From an uncultured Dehalococcoidia bacterium (GTDB lineage Bacteria; Chloroflexota; Dehalococcoidia; Lucifugimonadales; GCA-2712585), in contig CAYQLZ010000010.1 of the NCBI GenBank assembly GCA_964418665.1, positions 14,723 through 78,722 on the forward strand: 64,000 nucleotides of DNA, given 5' to 3'. Made by a program: the position numbers and the translations under genes. Below, one piece after another: positions 37,421 through 45,718 of the stretch; position 1 is the first letter of the stretch; each line of letters opens with the position of its first letter. The notes under the pieces were generated by a model. It saw only the letters and a program-made list of their open reading frames with translations, was not told the DNA's origin and made no database searches.

Positions 37421-38572
37421 ATGCTCAACGGATTCAAGGTTATAGACGCCGACGCACACATGCAGGAACCCCCGGATATCTGGGACAACTACGTGGAGGC
37501 CGAGTTCTACGACCGCCGCCCCGTAGTTGAGCACGTCCAGAATCGCATCATCTTCCGCTACGAGCCCGGCGAACTCTTCCCCGGCGATTCCGAAGGTCTG
37601 CCCACCTCCGTGTGGAAGAAGCGACCCGGCCAGCTCTACAAGGACCTCCGCAAGAAGTACGGACAGGCCTACGACCACTGGTGGAGCGCCGAAAGCCGCC
37701 TCGTCGACATGGACCGCTTCGGCTGGGACAAGATGATCTGCATCCCCGGCCACGGCTCCGCGCCCCTCCGACAGACGGATAAAGACCCTGACCTGATGTG
37801 GGCGCTGGCCCGCGCCTACCACAACTGGTCCCACGACTTCTGCTCCGCCAACCCCGAACGCCTCAAGATGGTCGTCGAGCTGCCTCCCTACGACATCGAA
37901 CGGGCCGTCATAGAGACCCGCCGCGCCGTCGTAGAACTGGGCGCCGTCAACGTCATGGTACCAAGACCCCAGGAAGGCCAGTTCTGGCACAACCCCGAGT
38001 ACGAACCATTCTGGGACCTGGTTACCGAGCTGGACGTGCCCGTCTGCTTCCACGGCGCCGGCAGCGGCTCCCCCCACGCCGGACATCGTTACCGCGGCCA
38101 CACCGGCGCTCTGTTCGCCCTCAACCACGCAATCGGCTTCCCCATGGAGAACATGATCTCCCTGGGCCACCTCATTTACACCGGCATCCTCCAGAAGTAC
38201 CCCACCCTCCGCGCCAGCTTCCTGGAAGGCAATGCCGGCTGGCTTCCCTTCTGGCTCGGTCGTCTCGACGACCACTCCGTCGGTCGGCAGTCCGTCTTCT
38301 GGGACGACAACAACCTGGAATTGACCCCCACCGAGTTCTTCAAGCGCCAGATCTTCGTGGCCGCCGACGCCGACGAAGAAGCCCTCCCCTCCGTCATCAA
38401 CCTACTCGGCGACGGCAATCTCATCTGGAACACCGACTATCCCCACACCGACGCTCCCGCCCCCAACGCAGCCCTCCCCGAACTCCTCCACCAACCCATC
38501 TCCGACGAGAGCAAACGCAGAATCCTCTGGGACAACCCCGTCCGCCTCTACGGCCCCCGCATCCTCACCTAG
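37421..38572 (+). CDS. amidohydrolase_2 family protein, paralogue 4
   Basis: MLNGFKVIDADAHMQEP and WNTDYPHTDAP. CAGGAGG RBS. Confidence 0.85.
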   Translation: MLNGFKVIDADAHMQEPPDIWDNYVEAEFYDRRPVVEHVQNRIIFRYEPGELFPGDSEGLPTSVWKKRPGQLYKDLRKKYGQAYDHWWSAESRLVDMDRFGWDKMICIPGHGSAPLRQTDKDPDLMWALARAYHNWSHDFCSANPERLKMVVELPPYDIERAVIETRRAVVELGAVNVMVPRPQEGQFWHNPEYEPFWDLVTELDVPVCFHGAGSGSPHAGHRYRGHTGALFALNHAIGFPMENMISLGHLIYTGILQKYPTLRASFLEGNAGWLPFWLGRLDDHSVGRQSVFWDDNNLELTPTEFFKRQIFVAADADEEALPSVINLLGDGNLIWNTDYPHTDAPAPNAALPELLHQPISDESKRRILWDNPVRLYGPRILT

Positions 38573-38579
38573 CCCACCA

Positions 38580-39134
38580 ATGTCGTTGAAGAAGAAACTC
38601 ATTCCCAACAGCTACTGGGTGAGACCAGGTAGAATTGCGGCAGGGGAATATCCTGGTGCTGCCAAATACTATGAAGCTGCTCAAAAGTTGAGCGACCTGC
38701 TTATGGCGGGAGTAAATCACTTCGTTGATCTAACTCATCCAGAGGACGGCTTGGAACCCTACGACCAAATTGCTAAGGAGGAAGCTATCCGCCTTGGCAA
38801 AACCGTCCATCATGAACAACATTCCATCATCGACCTGTCGGTTCCACAAGGCCCCCATGATATGACGAGAATCCTTGACGCAATAGACTGCGCATTGAAT
38901 ATTGGTCGGACCCTTTACGTCCATTGCTGGGGCGGAGTAGGGCGTACTGGAACCGTGATCGGCTGTTGGCTGGTACGACATGGGCTGACAGGAGAGCAGG
39001 CTCTACTACAGATAGACCGGTGGTGGAAGGATGTGGAGAAGGCCTGGCGCTTCCCATCTTCGCCCGAAACCATGGAGCAGAGAAGTTTCGTCCGTCAGTG
39101 GAGAGATACACATAATTGGAGCCAAGTAACATGA
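38580..39134 (+). CDS. dual-specificity/tyrosine phosphatase-like protein (Cys-based)
   Basis: P-loop VHCWGGVGRTGT (C-x5-R-T), 184 aa. Visibly AT-richer than the flanks. Confidence 0.7.
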   Translation: MSLKKKLIPNSYWVRPGRIAAGEYPGAAKYYEAAQKLSDLLMAGVNHFVDLTHPEDGLEPYDQIAKEEAIRLGKTVHHEQHSIIDLSVPQGPHDMTRILDAIDCALNIGRTLYVHCWGGVGRTGTVIGCWLVRHGLTGEQALLQIDRWWKDVEKAWRFPSSPETMEQRSFVRQWRDTHNWSQVT

Positions 39135-40084
39135 GTCGGATTACCGAAAATGACCGCTATAGGGGTTGCCTCCTGGGTTTGGCCGCCGGCGACGCCTTGG
39201 GCACCACCCTGGAATTCAAACACCCAGGTTCTTTCGAATGTATCGACGACATGGTCGGCGGAGGGCCGTTCCATCTGGAACCGGGCCAGTGGACCGATGA
39301 CACGTCCATGGCACTATGCCTCGCCGCCAGTCTTATTGAAGAAGATCGATTTGACCCAAGAGACCAGATGCAACGCTTCGTCAGATGGTGGAGAGAAGGC
39401 TACATGTCTCCTACTGGGGAGTGTTTCGATATCGGTATCACCGTGAGCGAAGCCCTATCAAGGTTTGAATACACTGGTGACCCCTATGCCGGGTCCACTG
39501 ATCCTTTCTCCGCCGGCAACGGCTCGCTGATGCGCTTGGCCCCTGTGCCGATGTACTATGCTATCGATGACGAGGAAGCCATCAAGAAAAGCGCGGATAG
39601 CTCCCGCACAACCCATGGCGCCACGGAGGCTGTCGATGCATGTCGTTACTTCGGCGGATTGCTTGTTGCAGCGCTGAAAGGGGTGGACAAAGAGACCCTT
39701 CTGTCCCCACTGTTTTGTCCAGTGCAAGGACTTTGGGAAAAAGAACCTTTGGCAGAGAAAATTGCAGAGGTCGCGAGCGGTTCATTCAAGCGTCGCAAAC
39801 CGCCGGAGATCATTGGCACTGGATACGTTGTCAAATCGTTAGAGGCAGCTCTTTGGGTCTTTCACAACTCCAATGACTTCCGTGGAGGTGCCCTTATGGC
39901 CGCTAACCTTGGGAACGACGCCGACACGACCGCCGCAATTTATGGACAAATTGCAGGTGCCTACTACGGAGCTGGCGCCATTCCTGACAAATGGCTCCAA
40001 CTCCTCGCAATGTCATCAGAAATTACGTCCATGGCCAACAGCCTGTTTGACCATTACAAACGGTCACTCCTTCCCGTCCCCTAA
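39131..40084 (+). CDS. ADP-ribosylglycohydrolase family protein
   Basis: RYRGCLLGLAAGDALGTTLEF near the N-terminus and NLGNDADTTAAIYGQIAGAYYG near the C-terminus. ATG 39131 overlaps the phosphatase stop (ATGA). Confidence 0.85.
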   Translation: MSRITENDRYRGCLLGLAAGDALGTTLEFKHPGSFECIDDMVGGGPFHLEPGQWTDDTSMALCLAASLIEEDRFDPRDQMQRFVRWWREGYMSPTGECFDIGITVSEALSRFEYTGDPYAGSTDPFSAGNGSLMRLAPVPMYYAIDDEEAIKKSADSSRTTHGATEAVDACRYFGGLLVAALKGVDKETLLSPLFCPVQGLWEKEPLAEKIAEVASGSFKRRKPPEIIGTGYVVKSLEAALWVFHNSNDFRGGALMAANLGNDADTTAAIYGQIAGAYYGAGAIPDKWLQLLAMSSEITSMANSLFDHYKRSLLPVP

Positions 40085-40579
40085 CAGACCCCCTTCAATC
40101 CTTCCCACCGCCTCCCGCGCCTCCTCCCCCAACCCGCCTGGAACCTCCTCATTTATCCACCGAAGCACCTTCAACGCCCTCTCCTCCCGAAACTCCCCCA
40201 GCTGCCGGATGACCGCCTCACCAATTCCCGGCCCGATGGGGTACCGGTCCCGCGACACCGTCGTAAAGAACTCCTCCAATAACCCCAACAGGTGCAGCCG
40301 TATCTCCTCCGTGTCCGGCGACTTCACCCACACCTTCCGGTCGTTGCTCATGCCGTCGCCGGCATAGCGAAGAATCGGCCCTATAGGAATCCTGTCCCTG
40401 TCCGGCCTCCTGTGCGGATGGTTCGCGCAATACGTATAGAAGGGGTTCTCAATCGCCTGGCCTCGAATGTCGCAAAACGGCTCCACCGACTCGTCTCGAT
40501 GTCTCTGCCAGTCCCTCTCCCCCTGGTTGGTGCGATTGAACCAGCACGTACCGCAGCAGTCCGACCCTCCGTTAGGCAT
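40064..40579 (-). CDS. Cys-rich hypothetical protein
   Basis: 171 aa. N-terminus GGSDCCGTCWFN...FCDIRG...YCANHPH carries 5 Cys plus His. The C-terminal half is helical. The ATG overlaps the upstream stop by 8 nt. Confidence 0.6.
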   Translation of the reverse strand: MPNGGSDCCGTCWFNRTNQGERDWQRHRDESVEPFCDIRGQAIENPFYTYCANHPHRRPDRDRIPIGPILRYAGDGMSNDRKVWVKSPDTEEIRLHLLGLLEEFFTTVSRDRYPIGPGIGEAVIRQLGEFREERALKVLRWINEEVPGGLGEEAREAVGRIEGGLLGDGKE

Positions 40580-40781
40580 GAATCAACTCGTAGGACTGAG
40601 GCTCCGGTACGGGGAGGCCATCCTCCTCAAGCGCCTCAATGTAAAGTTGAATCGCCTCGCCTATTAGCGCGCACACCTCTTCCCTGGTCTCAGCTGCGGC
40701 GACGCATCCGGGCAAGTCCGGCACGTGGGCGCCGTAGCTGGTTGGCCCCTTCTCAATGACCACAGCGTACTTCAGAATCAA
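40572..40781 (-). CDS. HicB-like (UPF0150) small protein
   Basis: 69 aa. YAVVIEKGPTSYGAHVPDLPGCVAAAETREE...AIQLYIEAL matches the HicB N-terminal fold signature. There is no DNA-binding tail. The TTG start lies 3 nt after the TPP-enzyme stop. Confidence 0.65.
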   Translation of the reverse strand: MILKYAVVIEKGPTSYGAHVPDLPGCVAAAETREEVCALIGEAIQLYIEALEEDGLPVPEPQSYELIHA

Positions 40782-40784
40782 CTC

Positions 40785-42422
40785 CTAATATCTCGACAGT
40801 GCATTCTCTTCCTTCGTCATGAACTCCAAAAGCGCTGGGCGACCCTTGGCCATCTCTCCCTGCGCCCTGCCCAAAGCCGGAATTATCTCCGACGGGTCAC
40901 TAACGCGTTCCCCGTAGCCCCCCAAGGCCTGCGCAAGATCGGCGTAATTCCCATACAGGTTCGTAAACCCGAACCGCTCCGTTGCAACCGGGTAGTTCAC
41001 CGAGTACCCGCTCAAGACGTGGTTGTTGAACACCACAAGCAGAATCGGAATCTCCAGCCGCGCCGCCGTCTCTATGTCCATGCCCGCCATCCCGATAGCC
41101 GCATCCCCCATAATCGTCACCACCGTCTTCTCCGGCGCCGCCAGCTTCGCCCCCATGCTCAGCCCCACTGAATACCCAAGCTGACTCGAATTCCCCCACC
41201 CGAGATACCCCCGCGGCACAATCGCCTCATAAAACGGGATAGTCTGGTCCCGCGGATGCCCCGAGTCATGCGTCACAATCGTCTGCGTCCTGTCCAAAGT
41301 GTGCATCAGGTCCCAGATTATCCGATAAGGATTGATTGGGACTTCGTCGGATGTCAAGCGCGGCATCCACTCCTCCAGCCACTCCCCCTTCACCTGGGCG
41401 ATCTCCGCCATTGGCTCCGACTCACCCCGACGGCCATCCTCTCCGGTAAGCCTCTTGACTTCTTCTATCAGCTGACCGAGAACCAGCTTAGCGTCTCCGA
41501 TTACGGCATGGTCTATCCGGTGCTCCTTGTTGATGTCCCGTGCATCTACCGTGCACTGCACCATGGTCTTGCCCGGCGGCACACCGATGGACGCCAGGTT
41601 CGTGGTGAAACTGCAACCGACGCCGAAAACCAGGTCCGCCCGGTCCAGAAAGTGTCTCACCTGCTTTGTAAGCGTGTTGGCCCCTGTCCCCAGCGCCAGC
41701 GGGTGGTTCTCCGGGAACGCGCTCTTCCCGATGTTCGTCGTCATCACCGGCGTGTTTGCCAACTCCGCAAGCTCAACCAACTCCGATGAAGCCTCCGCCC
41801 ACAACACCCCCTGTCCGGCGTAGATGACTGGCCTCTTGGCGTTCAACAACGCCCGAGCCGCCGCCCGCACGTCCGCCGGGTCACCCGCACTCCGAATGTG
41901 CCCCACCTGACGATAGTCGAATGCCTCCTCGGAAATCTCTTCATCCCCCACGTCGGCGGGCACCTCCACCATCACCGGCCCCGGTCGTCCCGACCTCAGC
42001 GACGTATACGCCCGGCGCATCATCTCCGGAATTCGCGCTGCCTGGTTCGCCTGCGCCCCCCACTTCAGCACCTTGTCGTATGCCTCCACCGCCGGAAAGT
42101 TGGGCAGCTGCTGCGTCCTGTCCCGCGGCGGCCCACCCGGGATCACCAGAATTGGAACGGACTCGGCGAAGGCGTGGGCCACGCCGCCATAGGCATTCTC
42201 GATCCCCGGCCCCGACTGCGTCACCACCACCCCTGTCCGACGGCCGTTGGACACCCGGGTAAACCCGTCGGCCATGTTCACCGTCGTCCGCTCGGTGCGC
42301 GACATGATGGGCCGTATGCCAGCAATCGCCGCCGCTTCAATCAGTGGATTAGCCGGATAGCAGAAGAGGAGATCAGTCCCCTCCATCTTTAGCACGTTGG
42401 CCAATGCAGTATTCCCTCGCAT
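40785..42422 (-). CDS. thiamine-diphosphate-dependent enzyme (acetolactate synthase-like)
   Basis: 545 aa. PYR domain (RTERTTVNMADGFTRVS...VVVTQSGPGIENA) and PP domain (TIMGDAAIGMAGMDIETAARLEIPILLVVFNN). AGGAGG RBS. Confidence 0.85.
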   Translation of the reverse strand: MRGNTALANVLKMEGTDLLFCYPANPLIEAAAIAGIRPIMSRTERTTVNMADGFTRVSNGRRTGVVVTQSGPGIENAYGGVAHAFAESVPILVIPGGPPRDRTQQLPNFPAVEAYDKVLKWGAQANQAARIPEMMRRAYTSLRSGRPGPVMVEVPADVGDEEISEEAFDYRQVGHIRSAGDPADVRAAARALLNAKRPVIYAGQGVLWAEASSELVELAELANTPVMTTNIGKSAFPENHPLALGTGANTLTKQVRHFLDRADLVFGVGCSFTTNLASIGVPPGKTMVQCTVDARDINKEHRIDHAVIGDAKLVLGQLIEEVKRLTGEDGRRGESEPMAEIAQVKGEWLEEWMPRLTSDEVPINPYRIIWDLMHTLDRTQTIVTHDSGHPRDQTIPFYEAIVPRGYLGWGNSSQLGYSVGLSMGAKLAAPEKTVVTIMGDAAIGMAGMDIETAARLEIPILLVVFNNHVLSGYSVNYPVATERFGFTNLYGNYADLAQALGGYGERVSDPSEIIPALGRAQGEMAKGRPALLEFMTKEENALSRY

Positions 42423-42542
42423 AATTCGCCTCCTAAGCCGATGTGACGCCTTCGCCTAGTGTAAGCTCATCCCTCTCCTTCGGCAAACACCTACCCCTCA
42501 CCGCCATCCACGCATTCTTTTCCCGAATAGCCCCCTGTTACG

Positions 42543-43706
42543 CTACCGCCCCACAAACTCAGGCATCACATCATCCGCAAACCACTCCAGCTGCTCCAGA
42601 ATCACCGCTTCAGGCGTGCCGACGGGTTGACTCATGCTCACCCTTTCCAGCCCCGGCAGACGCTTCTCCAACCCCTTCAGCTGGTCGATGACCCTGCTAG
42701 GAGGACCGCACAGCACCGCCCCGGCCTCAATCGCCTGCGCCATGGTCGGAAGACCCGCATTCGGCGCAGTCTCCGGGTTCCCCATCTGCTCTATCTGTTC
42801 ATCCGAAAGGGCGCGAACCAGCCGCAGCGGCCCGAACATCTTGATGTTCTCCTCGTAGAATTTGGAGTAGCGTTCAATCCCCTCCTCCACCGTGTCCGCA
42901 AGAAAGAAGTGGAACCCTATGCTCAGGTCCTCGCCTGGCGCCTTCCGGCTGCCCGCCCTTTCGTGAGCCTGCTGCCACGCCGTGATGGTATTGTCCATCG
43001 CGCCCCCTTCCGCCACCCCTCCGCCAATCAGGCCCTTAATGCCGTGCTTCACCATGAAATCCAACCCTCGCGGCGTAGCGCTCTGGATGGGCTGCCAGCA
43101 CTCCAGTGGACGATATATGGGACGCGGCACCAACGTCAGGTCCCTCAGGTCATACCCGCGGTAGGGCACAACCGGAGGCAGCTCATAGTGTCTTCCCTCG
43201 TGCGAAAACGGCCTCTGCGTCAACGCCTTGAAGATGACGTCCACCTGCTCCTCGAACAGGTCCCGGTTCGCCTCCTGGTCCAGCAGGGGCGCTCCAAAGC
43301 TCTCAACCTCCCGGGTGTGATACCCCCGTCCCACGCCGAAAATCACCCGACCCTTGGTGAAGATGTCGGCCTGCGCGTAGTCCTCCGCCAGCCGCAGGGG
43401 ATGCCACATCGGAGTAATGTTGAACCCACAGCCGAAGTTTATCCGTTCAGTCTGGTGTGCCAGGTGTACGCTCAACATCAGCGCGTTGGGTATGCACTCG
43501 AAACCCTCCGGCTGGAAGTGGTGCTCGGCCAGCCATAGCGTGTCGTACCCCTTCCGGTCCATCAACTGCGCGATGGCCAGCGCCTTGTCAAAAGCCGTCG
43601 CCAGGTATTCATCCGAGTAGTCGCGATCGTTCACCGGCGTACCCCCGTACCCCACGTTGTCCACGTCCACGTGTCCGGCAAACAGGCTGTCGAAGCGAGT
43701 AATCAT
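42543..43706 (-). CDS. LLM-class (luciferase-like) flavin-dependent oxidoreductase
   Basis: GYDTLWLAEHHF, and GRVIFGVGRGY motifs, 387 aa. Confidence 0.85.
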   Translation of the reverse strand: MITRFDSLFAGHVDVDNVGYGGTPVNDRDYSDEYLATAFDKALAIAQLMDRKGYDTLWLAEHHFQPEGFECIPNALMLSVHLAHQTERINFGCGFNITPMWHPLRLAEDYAQADIFTKGRVIFGVGRGYHTREVESFGAPLLDQEANRDLFEEQVDVIFKALTQRPFSHEGRHYELPPVVPYRGYDLRDLTLVPRPIYRPLECWQPIQSATPRGLDFMVKHGIKGLIGGGVAEGGAMDNTITAWQQAHERAGSRKAPGEDLSIGFHFFLADTVEEGIERYSKFYEENIKMFGPLRLVRALSDEQIEQMGNPETAPNAGLPTMAQAIEAGAVLCGPPSRVIDQLKGLEKRLPGLERVSMSQPVGTPEAVILEQLEWFADDVMPEFVGR

Positions 43707-43940
43707 TGGAAACCTCTCTTCCTAACTGATCTGGCCCATCCCATGTCCACAAAGCTGTTTGTCCTGAGCCCTACACCTCTCCCCCGAGAGAGAAGATTGC
43801 AGTGGGACGCCAATTGCAGCCAACGTCCCTTTGGTTGAGCCGGTCCCTTGGGAAAAACCCGCCTCCCTAAGTAGTGGACATCGGCCCCCCAATCTCCGCT
43901 ATAGTAGTATGTAGTCTCACCAATTACAAAGGAGGTATCA

Positions 43941-44384
43941 ATGAGAGCCTTAAGAAGGGCGGAAGCAACGTGGGAAGGCAATCTCATTCGGGGCGGAGGA
44001 TCGGTTGATGCGAGCACCAGCAAAGCATTCACCAGTCTCCCAGTCACCTGGGCCTCTAGGACCCAAAGATCCGATGGACGCACCAGCCCGGAGGAACTGA
44101 TAGCGGCAGCCCACGCCAGCTGCTACGCCATGGCATTCTCCCACGGCCTCAACCAGGGCGGCGCGACCACCAACAAGCTCGAAGTGACCGCCTCCGTCGT
44201 ATTTAGTGACGCCGGCGGAAGTCCGAAGGTCGTCTCCAGTTCCCTCAGGGTGAAGGGTTGGGTGGATGGTATCGACGCCGAAGGCTTCGTCGAGGCTGCG
44301 GAAGCCGCCAAGGACGGCTGCCCTGTCTCCCAGGCCCTGATGGGCAACGTGGAACTGAGCGTGGAGGCAACCCTCGCCGGTTAG
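43941..44384 (+). CDS. osmC: OsmC family peroxiredoxin
   Basis: AAAGGAGG RBS. SPEELIAAAHASCYAMAF and a second Cys in DGCPVSQAL, 147 aa. Confidence 0.85.
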   Translation: MRALRRAEATWEGNLIRGGGSVDASTSKAFTSLPVTWASRTQRSDGRTSPEELIAAAHASCYAMAFSHGLNQGGATTNKLEVTASVVFSDAGGSPKVVSSSLRVKGWVDGIDAEGFVEAAEAAKDGCPVSQALMGNVELSVEATLAG

Positions 44385-44405
44385 CCAACCACCTCCGGGA
44401 ATGAT

Positions 44406-44429
44406 TCCTTCCCCCCGATGGGGGAAGGC
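44406..44429. repeat. hairpin repeat, copy D (hairpin core only)
   Basis: TTCCTTCCCCC-CGAT-GGGGGAAGG, 22 nt after the osmC stop, between convergent genes. Confidence 0.55.
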
Positions 44430-44448
44430 AGTCGACAGGGTTTGACCC

Positions 44449-45033
44449 CTACCTTCCCGCCAGACTGCCCTGCAAGTCCGACACTGCCTCCCGTATGGTT
44501 CGTCGCCGGCCCGACATCTCCTGCGGGCGCTGGCCGGGTAACCGCGGATTAGGCGTCGTCTTGACGCATATCAGCGCCGGCCCCTCAGCTTTCAGCACAT
44601 CATCGATTCCGCCGTCAAACTCCTCCAGGTCGTTGAAGTCGTAGACGTTTGCATACCCGGAGTCCTTCGCCAGCCCGGAAAAGGAGATCTCGTTCTGCCC
44701 GGGGATGGGTTGCCCTCCCGTCGTCGCGTACATGCCGTTCTCCAGCACAAAGTGGTACAGATTCTTGGGCTTCATGTTGCCCACCGTGGCTAGAGTTCCC
44801 AGGTTCATCAGGAGACTGCCGTCACCGTCGAAGACTATGACCTTGGTGTCCGGTTGCGCCAGGCACACCCCAAGTGCGAACGAGGACCCCTTGCCCATCA
44901 CCGTTGGGGAAATGTCCCGCGCGGGCATGGTGCTGATTTTCGGCCAGGCAACGCTGGCCCGCTCCACCGTCACGATTACCGCGTCTCCTCGACGCTTCTG
45001 AATTATCTCCATCATCTGTTCCTGGCTAAACAT
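44449..45033 (-). CDS. TPP-binding (PP-domain only) protein, sulfopyruvate/phosphonopyruvate decarboxylase beta-like
   Basis: GDGSLLMNLGTLATVGNMKPKNLYHFVLENGMYATTGGQ is the TPP GDG-x(25-30)-N motif. ATG 45033 has GGAAGGGAG upstream; the track start 45243 adds 70 aa of doubtful sequence. Confidence 0.7.
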   Translation of the reverse strand: MFSQEQMMEIIQKRRGDAVIVTVERASVAWPKISTMPARDISPTVMGKGSSFALGVCLAQPDTKVIVFDGDGSLLMNLGTLATVGNMKPKNLYHFVLENGMYATTGGQPIPGQNEISFSGLAKDSGYANVYDFNDLEEFDGGIDDVLKAEGPALICVKTTPNPRLPGQRPQEMSGRRRTIREAVSDLQGSLAGR

Positions 45034-45718
45034 TGCGTCTCCCTTCCATACCGCATATCGACGGTTCACCATTTCGCAGCGTCGAATCACCGCGTCTCTT
45101 GCTGGCAGTGTAGAGACGAACCAATCCCCCGTCAAGAGAAATCCGGATGCAGGCCGGAACTGAGGCCCCCGTCCCCTTATTCCTGCGAATCCCCGTGACA
45201 CCGACTTTTGACACAGTCCCATGGCCTGTGATAACTTATCCACAGAGCGGAATTGATGCTAGAACAAATACATAGGATTCAACGTCGGGCGCACACTCTG
45301 GGGTGGAGCGCCCCTTCTTTATGGCCCGACTACCCGCCATTACAACACTCCGGAGGCCCTTTCCATTCTTCAACCAGTAATTCGCAAGTTCACCACCCTC
45401 TTCGGTAGAGAAAAACCAAAGTCTCACCCTCCTAGAACCGACCCCTCGGAAGACTCCCCAACCCCAGCCGTCCCAGATCCCGAAGCTACCGTCGCCACCC
45501 GAACCCGCCCCAGCGCCCGTCCCCCAACCCACAGCGCCAACGGTTCGAATGCCCAAACCAACGGACACAGCCCTCGCAGACGCAGGCGTCGACGCCGCAG
45601 ACGAAAGTCAAATGCCCAGGCTACCACGCCTCTCACATCCACCAACGGGGTCGTCAAGCACGAAGTTGCCGATCGAGACATTTCCCTGGATTTCGGCGAT
45701 ATCACCGTTTCCGCCCCC

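Noticed and set aside
37316-38275. 319-aa minus-strand ORF
   Set aside because: It is antisense to amidohydrolase_2 paralogue 4. Analogous shadows (28250..28978, 29703..30581, 30681..31343) accompany the other paralogues.
45542-45550. GGTTCGAAT, a tRNA T-loop-like string
   Set aside because: The flanking 5-mers (AACGG / GCCCA) are not complementary, and no acceptor or anticodon arms can be drawn. I found no tRNA in any intergenic region.
45575-45604. Ten consecutive Arg codons upstream of the DEAD-box core
   Set aside because: I considered it as a real poly-Arg N-terminal extension. No start codon exists in that frame, and the alternative frame reads a more ordinary acidic peptide. It is left as part of the start-codon problem rather than called.
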